A stretch of DNA of 32,000 nt from Propionibacterium ruminifibrarum (GTDB lineage Bacteria; Actinomycetota; Actinomycetes; Propionibacteriales; Propionibacteriaceae): the NCBI RefSeq assembly GCF_900289195.1, contig NZ_OMOH01000004.1, forward strand, positions 180,001-212,000, read 5' to 3'. The translations under genes were made by a program, and so were the position numbers. This document shows, piece after piece, positions 25,922 to 32,000 of this stretch (position 1 is its first letter; each line of letters starts with the position of its first letter). The notes under the pieces are model-generated. The model was given only the letters and a program-made list of their open reading frames with translations. It was not told the DNA's origin and made no database searches.

Positions 25922-26581
25922 TCATGGCGTGCGACCTGCGGCCCGCATGAGCCGGGGCCAGTGGATCAGCCAGCCGCCCGCCGCCCGGGCGTCCTGCCCG
26001 GCGCGGATGATGAGGGCGTGGAAGACCGCGAACTCGTCGACGGTGAAGCCCTCGGCCTGCACTCTCGCGTTGAGCGCGGCGCGGGCCCGGCCGTAGTCCG
26101 GGTGTTCGCCGAAACCGGCCACGGCGAGCAGCCGACGGGCGTAGCTGTCGAAGACGAACACCGGGCGGCGGTAGGCGTACAGGCTGATCGCGTCGGCGGT
26201 CTCGGCCCCGACGCCCCGCACCGCGAGCAGTGAGGAGCGCAGTTCCGCGTCGTCCCAGGCGGCGGCGTCCCCGTCGTGGCGCACGAACCAGTCCGCCAGT
26301 TCCTTGAGGCTGCGACTCTTGGCCGTCATGAAGCCGGATGGCCGGATGATCTCGGCCAGGGCCTCCCGGTCGATCCCGCGCATCGCCGCCGCGTCCAGCA
26401 GGCCTGCGGCGCGCAGGGCGTCGACGGAGCGTTCCACGTTCGTCCACGCCGTGTTCTGCACGAGCACGGCGCCGGCCATCATCTCAAAACGGGTCTCCGC
26501 CGGCCACCAGTCCTCTGAGGCGGTCGTGGCGGACAGCACGTCGAAGAGTGCGCGGAAGGTCGGCACGGCTGGGTCTCGCAC
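25922..26581 (-). CDS. endonuclease III-like HhH-GPD superfamily protein
   Basis: 219-aa ORF with a GTG start. Readable blocks: VLVQNTAWTNVE, the helix-hairpin-helix LLAVRGVGAETADAI, and VFVFDSYARR. No C-terminal Cys cluster is seen. Confidence 0.8.
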   Translation of the reverse strand: MRDPAVPTFRALFDVLSATTASEDWWPAETRFEMMAGAVLVQNTAWTNVERSVDALRAAGLLDAAAMRGIDREALAEIIRPSGFMTAKSRSLKELADWFVRHDGDAAAWDDAELRSSLLAVRGVGAETADAISLYAYRRPVFVFDSYARRLLAVAGFGEHPDYGRARAALNARVQAEGFTVDEFAVFHALIIRAGQDARAAGGWLIHWPRLMRAAGRTP

Positions 26582-26713
26582 ACGCCGAGTCTAGGGGTGA
26601 TGGGTGCCTGACGGGGCACCTCGGGGGCCGTCTCGAAGACGGTGCCGTCGACCGCGGCAGGAGCATCATCGAAACCGTCTCCTCGGGCAGCGGAGGGCGG
26701 CTACCCTGAGGCC

Positions 26714-27223
26714 ATGCGCCGAACCCACCCCACCGGCCCTCGTGGCCGCGCCATCGTGCCCGGCATTCTCGCTCTCGTAATGGCCCTCGCCCTCACCACC
26801 GGCTGCTCCAGCCTGGCCGGGTCGGACGACACCCAGGAACCGTCCGCCGCCAGCACGCTGCCCACCCTGGCGGCGGTGACCCTGACCGTCGGGGACCACA
26901 CGACGATCGTCACCCTGTACGACACACCGGCCTCACGCGAGCTGCTCGACAGGATGCCCCTGACATTGCCCGTCAATGACGTCTGGAACCAAGTCAAGTG
27001 GCTCGAGATCCCCGATGGGCTGACCACCGAGGGGACCGAGACCACCACGCACGCCGACAACGGTGCCATCACCTACGCCGAGAGCGGCAGCATGCTCATG
27101 CTCGCCTACATCCCGACGGACTTCAGCTCAGAGGTCTACCAGATCGGCACCTACGATGTCGCCGATAAGGAGTTCATCAAGAGCATCGAGAGAGGCACCG
27201 AGGCGACCCTGTCCCACGGCTGA
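26714..27223 (+). CDS. cyclophilin-like-fold lipoprotein (second copy in the window)
   Basis: ORF 26642..27223, with the ATG at 26714. The signal peptide plus lipobox is ILALVMALALTTGCSS. The domain VTLTVGDHTTIVTLYDTPASRELLDRMPLTLPVND...NGAITYAESGSMLMLAY resembles the cyclophilin-like family. Confidence 0.65.
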   Translation: MRRTHPTGPRGRAIVPGILALVMALALTTGCSSLAGSDDTQEPSAASTLPTLAAVTLTVGDHTTIVTLYDTPASRELLDRMPLTLPVNDVWNQVKWLEIPDGLTTEGTETTTHADNGAITYAESGSMLMLAYIPTDFSSEVYQIGTYDVADKEFIKSIERGTEATLSHG

Positions 27224-27348
27224 GGATGCGGGGTGATCTTTAAGTAAGCGCTTGACGGCGTGTCCTGAAACCGGTCCGTTCCTCACGGAGATCATTCGGG
27301 GACAACGGGTCGGCTCCCCCACTCGAACCCCGGGCCACCGAGAACTGA

Positions 27349-27377
27349 TTGACAGCTCCGTAGCGCAACCCTAATTT
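27349..27377 (+). promoter_or_regulatory. putative sigma-70-type promoter for the ABC exporter pair
   Basis: TTGACA (27349..27354), a 17-nt spacer, then TAATTT (27372..27377), about 40 nt upstream of the ABC ATPase start. Confidence 0.4.
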
Positions 27378-27415
27378 GAGGCACCGGAACGACCGCACCA
27401 CTGTGGGCAGGGAGG

Positions 27416-28135
27416 GTGGTGGACATCATTGCCGTGACACAAGACGCTCCCCTGCTGACGATTGAGGGTCTTTCCGCGTGGTACGAGCCGAATCATCCGG
27501 TCCTCAAGGACATCAACATCGAGGTTCGCCCCGGAGAGGCCGTCGGGCTACTCGGGGCCAACGGCGCGGGGAAGACCACCCTCTTGCACTCGATCTGCGC
27601 CGTGCACCGGAAGATGGATTACCGGTCATTCCTCCTCAACGGGGAACCATCGAGCCCGCGGAGTGAGGCGTTCAAGCATCAGCGCTACCTGAGCCTGACC
27701 GAGGACAAATCCTTTCCCACGTGGGATCTGTCCAATTTCATCCGCTTCATCGAACGCGCGTACCGGATGCGGCACGACGCGGCCCGGCTCGAGTCGCTGG
27801 TACGGGGATTCCATTTCGAGAGCTACCGGACAACCGTGTTCGCCGAACTGTCGAGCGGTTCGCGGAAGAAGGCCAATCTAATTGCCGCGTTCCACGCCCC
27901 AGCACCCCTGCTGCTGCTCGATGAGCCAGTCGACTTCCTGGACTTCACCGCGACCGAATTCCTCTACTCCGCCATCGTGGCCGCTCGGGACGACGGACGG
28001 TCCGTCCTCCTCAGCTCGCACATCGCCGAGTCCTTCACCCGATGCACCAGCAGCGTCCACGTGCTGAAGGACGGTATCCTCACCGGCCCGTTCCCGACCC
28101 CGCAGGATCCTCATGACGTGGCATCGCTCATCTGA
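27416..28135 (+). CDS. ABC transporter ATP-binding protein
   Basis: 239-aa ORF. Walker A is GANGAGKTT, the signature is LSSGSRKK, Walker B is LLLLDEP and the H-loop is SSHI. The start (GTG 27416) directly abuts GGAGGG, so the true start may differ by a few codons. Confidence 0.85.
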   Translation: MVDIIAVTQDAPLLTIEGLSAWYEPNHPVLKDINIEVRPGEAVGLLGANGAGKTTLLHSICAVHRKMDYRSFLLNGEPSSPRSEAFKHQRYLSLTEDKSFPTWDLSNFIRFIERAYRMRHDAARLESLVRGFHFESYRTTVFAELSSGSRKKANLIAAFHAPAPLLLLDEPVDFLDFTATEFLYSAIVAARDDGRSVLLSSHIAESFTRCTSSVHVLKDGILTGPFPTPQDPHDVASLI

Positions 28136-29231
28136 CGGCGCGAGCGCCCTCGTCGCACTCGGCGGACAGTTCATCACGGTCCGTTCCATTCTGTGTGGAG
28201 CCTCGTTGAGCGCAATCGCGGTGTTCCTCGCCCTGAACATCGGGGTCCGGGTGCGGATGGAAGTCGTCGTGGCATCGCTGTGCGTGGCCCTGCTGGGTTC
28301 GGCATCAACGATCGGCAGAACGTGGATCAGCACCCAGAAATGGGCAGTCCTGCTGGCGTTTCCGATCAGGGAGAGCACCCTCATCCGCCAGACCGTCCTG
28401 GTCGCCACGGGAGTACTGGGGCTCGACGTCGTCTGCCCGGTCATCCTGTTCGCGGCGCTGTCCGCAGACGATCCCGGCATCTGGGAGATCTGCTGTGCCG
28501 CACTCTTCGGGTTCGGGGCAGCCGTGCTCTCAGTGATCGCGCTGTCCGCCACGAACATTCGCGCCCGGCTGGGCTCGCTGGGCGCCCTGCTCGTCGCCGC
28601 TCCCCTCGGCATCGCCCATGTCGGCATCGGAGCCGCATTCGCCGTCGCGGCGGCAGCCGTGAGCCTCGCCACGATCCGCGAGCTGGGCACCGCGCCCCAA
28701 ACCAGGCGGCGCGCGGCAGCGGGCTCGGGTCTCCTGCTGGGGGAGTTGCGATCCAGCACCATGGCGCTTGCGAACACCATCGGCCTGGTCGTGATGAGCG
28801 CGGTCTTCACCGTCACGATGGCAGGTCAGGGCTTCGTCTCGCCCTTGGGCATGGCCATCGTCACCGCCAACACCCCTCTCAACTCGTACTTCTCGAGATA
28901 CCCGAGCACCTACGCGGTGGTCATGGCCGCCCCCAGATCGGACGTGGTCTTCGCCCGGTATTACCTGGGTGTCTGCCTCTTCTACGCGATGAGCGGGGCA
29001 CCGGCCGGCGTCGTACTCGCCCGCGGCGGAGCCGGGGCCCTCGTCGCCGTCTCGGAGCTCGCCGCCTGCGCCACTGCGGCTGCGCTCGCCGCATGGGCGA
29101 TGGAGAGATTCCGCCCCGTCACCACGTGGAAGTCCGAACGCGAGGTGCTGCGCCACCCCCGGAAGTACCTCCCACCAGCAGCCGGGCTGGCAGCGGCGAC
29201 GCTCGTAATGCTCGCAACCTCACCGGCCTGA
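28113..29231 (+). CDS. putative ABC exporter permease (polytopic membrane protein, family not recognised)
   Basis: 372-aa ORF whose ATG overlaps the ATPase gene by 23 nt, suggesting translational coupling. It has many hydrophobic helices and Ala/Gly/Val/Leu-rich composition. Confidence 0.65.
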   Translation: MTWHRSSDGASALVALGGQFITVRSILCGASLSAIAVFLALNIGVRVRMEVVVASLCVALLGSASTIGRTWISTQKWAVLLAFPIRESTLIRQTVLVATGVLGLDVVCPVILFAALSADDPGIWEICCAALFGFGAAVLSVIALSATNIRARLGSLGALLVAAPLGIAHVGIGAAFAVAAAAVSLATIRELGTAPQTRRRAAAGSGLLLGELRSSTMALANTIGLVVMSAVFTVTMAGQGFVSPLGMAIVTANTPLNSYFSRYPSTYAVVMAAPRSDVVFARYYLGVCLFYAMSGAPAGVVLARGGAGALVAVSELAACATAAALAAWAMERFRPVTTWKSEREVLRHPRKYLPPAAGLAAATLVMLATSPA

Positions 29232-29397
29232 ACCTGGCCCATCGGCCGCGGCCCCGTCCTCCGACACGAGGCAGTCGGGCAAGCTGCTTCTTTCACCAAG
29301 GCAGGCCAGTCAGCCGATTGTGATGCCGACAAGTCCATCTGGTCGCGTGAATCTCACGCACCCACACCGCCTGCCAAATCATTGGGTACGCAGGCGC

Positions 29398-29817
29398 CTA
29401 CCCGGACGTTCTTCTCTTCTCGAGAACCACCTTCTGGTTCCTCAGTTTCGATGAGGTGGCATCGTAACTGTCATCCAGCCACTGGCAGATCTCCTCGAAG
29501 GGAACAGTGCCGTCCAGCACGATCGAAACCCAGTTCCATGCAACGCTCGGGTAGCCACGGAGGTAGCCGGGCTGCTGCACCAGTGAGTCGGCCAGCGGTG
29601 GGTCATCGATCTTCAGACTCACGATCTGCGCATCACCATCACCGTCCAGACCTAACTGGCTGCGGGACTTGACGATGAAGACGGCGAACCACTTGCCGTT
29701 GTCCGAGTGCCGCAAGACGGCATAGTCCTCATGCTTGAATGGCAGCTGCTCCGGCTCCACCCCGTACTTCTTCCTCGCGTAGGCCTCCAGCCGCTCACGC
29801 AGCATCTCATTGTTCAT
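29398..29817 (-). CDS. MmcQ/YjbR family DNA-binding protein
   Basis: ORF 29398..29931 (-). The ATG at 29817 lies 6 nt after GGAGG. The sequence MNNEMLRERLEAYARKKYGVEPEQLPF..YAVLRH..NGKWFAVF...LKIDDP.....QPGYLRGYP...WNWVSIVLDGTVP fits the YjbR pattern. Confidence 0.8.
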   Translation of the reverse strand: MNNEMLRERLEAYARKKYGVEPEQLPFKHEDYAVLRHSDNGKWFAVFIVKSRSQLGLDGDGDAQIVSLKIDDPPLADSLVQQPGYLRGYPSVAWNWVSIVLDGTVPFEEICQWLDDSYDATSSKLRNQKVVLEKRRTSG

Positions 29818-30136
29818 GGCGCACCTCCCGTACATCGGCATGAGAACACACATGCACTGCGCGGCTGCCGGTCCTTCCGCCACGCCCGTCACGGCGCCTG
29901 CTTTGAATGCACAACCCTGACGCATCGGCAAGGCCCCAGGTCACCGGGCACGTGGCGGCAGCACCCGTGACGATCCTCCCGGTCTCCCCCAGTGTGCCCC
30001 TGCCGCACGGCACCTCCCACCGGCCGGCACGGACGCTCGGGCATGGCGCCCCGGCCAGGGCTGTGAGAGTGCCACGCCTCGAACCAGTACGAACGTTTCC
30101 TTCCCCACCCTCGGGCCCGACGTCTACCGTTGGGTC

Positions 30137-31093
30137 ATGCGAACGTCCACGCGTCATCCCTCGAAACTGTCCATCGTCGGCGCCGGTGCGGTCGGCACCT
30201 CCCTCGCCTACGCCGCGCTCATCCGTGACTCGGCCCAGGTCATCTCCCTTTACGACATCGCCACGAAGAAGGTCGACGCCGAGGTCAAGGATCTCGCGCA
30301 CGGCACCCAGTTCACGAACTCCGTCGTCATGGGCGGGGACGACATCTCCGTGGTCAAGGACTCGTCCATCGTCATCATCACCGCAGGCGCCAAGCAGAAA
30401 CCGGGCCAGACCAGGCTCGATCTGGCCGCGACGAACGCGAAGATCCTCGCCTCGATGATGCCCCAGCTCGTGGAGCAGGCCCCCGACGCGCTCTACGTGC
30501 TCGTCACGAACCCCTGCGACGTGCTCACCGTCGTCGCGCAGAAGGTCTCCGGCCTGCCGACGGCGCAGGTGCTGTCCACCGGCACGCTGCTCGACACCTC
30601 GCGTCTGCGCTATCTCATCGCCCGGAAGGCCCAGGTGGCCCAGCCGAACGTGCACTCGATGATCGTCGGCGAGCACGGCGACTCGGAGTTCCCGCTGTGG
30701 TCGAGCGCCACGATCTCGTCGGTGCCGATCCGCGACTGGACGGTGGCGGGCGAGCGCGTCTTCACCCAGCCGGTGCTCGACGGCCTGGCGCACGAGGCGG
30801 CATTCGCCGCGTACGAGGTCATCGAGGGCAAGGGCGCGACGAACTACGCCATCGGTCTCGCCGGGGCCCGGCTCGTCGAGGCGCTGCTGTCGCCCACCCG
30901 CAGCGTGCTGCCGGTCTCGAGCGTCCTGGACGGCTACTACGACATCTCCGGCGTCGCGCTCAGCCTGCCCACCCTGGTGAGCGAGCACGGCGTCGACCGC
31001 GTCGTCGAGGCACCGATGAGCGCGGACGAGGTGAGCCTGCTGCACGCCTCAGCCGAGCGCATCCGCGAGACGGTGGCCTCGGTCGGATTCTGA
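30137..31093 (+). CDS. ldh: L-lactate dehydrogenase
   Basis: 318-aa ORF. It carries the Rossmann motif [13 protein letters not shown], then [26 protein letters not shown] and the substrate/catalytic block [13 protein letters not shown]. Confidence 0.93.
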   Translation: MRTSTRHPSKLSIVGAGAVGTSLAYAALIRDSAQVISLYDIATKKVDAEVKDLAHGTQFTNSVVMGGDDISVVKDSSIVIITAGAKQKPGQTRLDLAATNAKILASMMPQLVEQAPDALYVLVTNPCDVLTVVAQKVSGLPTAQVLSTGTLLDTSRLRYLIARKAQVAQPNVHSMIVGEHGDSEFPLWSSATISSVPIRDWTVAGERVFTQPVLDGLAHEAAFAAYEVIEGKGATNYAIGLAGARLVEALLSPTRSVLPVSSVLDGYYDISGVALSLPTLVSEHGVDRVVEAPMSADEVSLLHASAERIRETVASVGF

Positions 31094-31113
31094 CTCCTCG
31101 CCCCTGCCCCACG

Positions 31114-31153
31114 CCCTGCGTTCTTCGTGCGTCACCCCACGAAGAACGCAGGG
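31114..31153 (+). terminator. perfect 16-bp-stem palindrome 20 nt after the ldh stop; archetype of the dispersed hairpin repeat
   Basis: ccctgcgttcttcgtg-cgtcaccc-cacgaagaacgcaggg: perfect 16-bp arms and an 8-nt loop. Its arm sequence is the fully paired version of the 13.5-kb and 25.8-kb repeats. Confidence 0.7.
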
Positions 31154-31174
31154 CGTTACGCATAGCCTGGATGC

Positions 31175-31546
31175 ATGACCGACGAAGAACTCATCCTCGA
31201 GTGCTGGAACGCCCAGCTCGACGCCATGGACGCCGCCGACACAGCGGCGCTGGGCGCCTGTTTCACCCCTGACGCGCACCTGGTGCACATGACCGGCCGC
31301 GTCCAGCCCCTCGACTCCTGGCTGGCCGGTATCCGCGCCGGTCAGTTCGTCTATCACCGCATCGACCGCCGATCGGTCACGGTGACCGACGTGACCGGCA
31401 CCACCGCCCACCTCGTCGGCCACGTCACGACCGGCATCACCGACGACGGTTCCGGCCAGGCCTGGCCGCTGCGGATGGCCCAGACCTACGTGCGCAGCGG
31501 CGACAGCTGGCTGTGCAGCGAGTCACGGGTCACCTTCGACCGCTGA
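31175..31546 (+). CDS. NTF2-like (SnoaL/DUF4440-type) family protein
   Basis: 123-aa ORF. The sequence MTDEELILECWNAQLDAMDAADTAALGACFTPDAHLVHMTG... shows the typical NTF2-like opening helix pattern and size. Confidence 0.7.
   Translation: MTDEELILECWNAQLDAMDAADTAALGACFTPDAHLVHMTGRVQPLDSWLAGIRAGQFVYHRIDRRSVTVTDVTGTTAHLVGHVTTGITDDGSGQAWPLRMAQTYVRSGDSWLCSESRVTFDR

Positions 31547-32000
<454 letters not shown>

Noticed and set aside
29807-31045. 412-aa minus-strand ORF
   Set aside because: It is antisense to ldh, which is unambiguous. The same reasoning applies to 10025..11104 (antisense to gdhA), 11231..12439 (antisense to the methyltransferase), 12549..13490 (antisense to the YwiC-like gene), 13739..14698 (antisense to the AKR), 15285..16466 (antisense to DUF1015) and 27878..28816 (antisense to the permease).

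Overview
This window is high-GC chromosomal DNA that looks actinobacterial. The gene content (succinate/propionyl-CoA transferase-type enzyme, L-lactate dehydrogenase, NADP-glutamate dehydrogenase) would fit a Propionibacteriales-like organism, but that is a guess. Most of the window is ordinary housekeeping: nitrilase-family hydrolase, MATE exporter, gdhA, an RsmC/RlmG-like methyltransferase, aldo-keto reductase, DUF1015, CoA-transferase, HAD hydrolase, tRNA-Gly(CCC), an ABC-F ATPase, a class-I aminotransferase, an HhH-GPD glycosylase-like protein, ldh, and others. Three patches look accessory. (1) About 1.6-6.2 kb has visibly reduced GC and holds an unassignable 313-aa protein, a frameshifted IS110-family transposase remnant, a markedly low-GC 603-aa gene, and the decayed 5' end of a defence-island-type SF2 helicase. 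The 603-aa gene encodes tandem zinc-ribbon repeats fused to a Vsr/DUF559-like PD-(D/E)XK nuclease domain, and it is my best candidate for something new. (2) About 21-24.4 kb, downstream of tRNA-Gly, holds the ABC-F gene with a long leader, a small secreted protein and a vapBC remnant. (3) About 27.2-29.9 kb holds a two-gene ABC exporter with an unclassifiable permease, plus a YjbR/MmcQ protein. Separately, a dispersed palindromic hairpin repeat (CCTGCG-N4-TCGTG-N8-CACGA-N4-CGCAGG) occurs at least six times in three intergenic regions. Two gene-end hairpins share an identical inner core. A GlnR-type box is readable upstream of gdhA. No CRISPR array, rRNA or intact mobile element was seen. Every family assignment comes from reading the translated ORFs by eye; no database search was possible.
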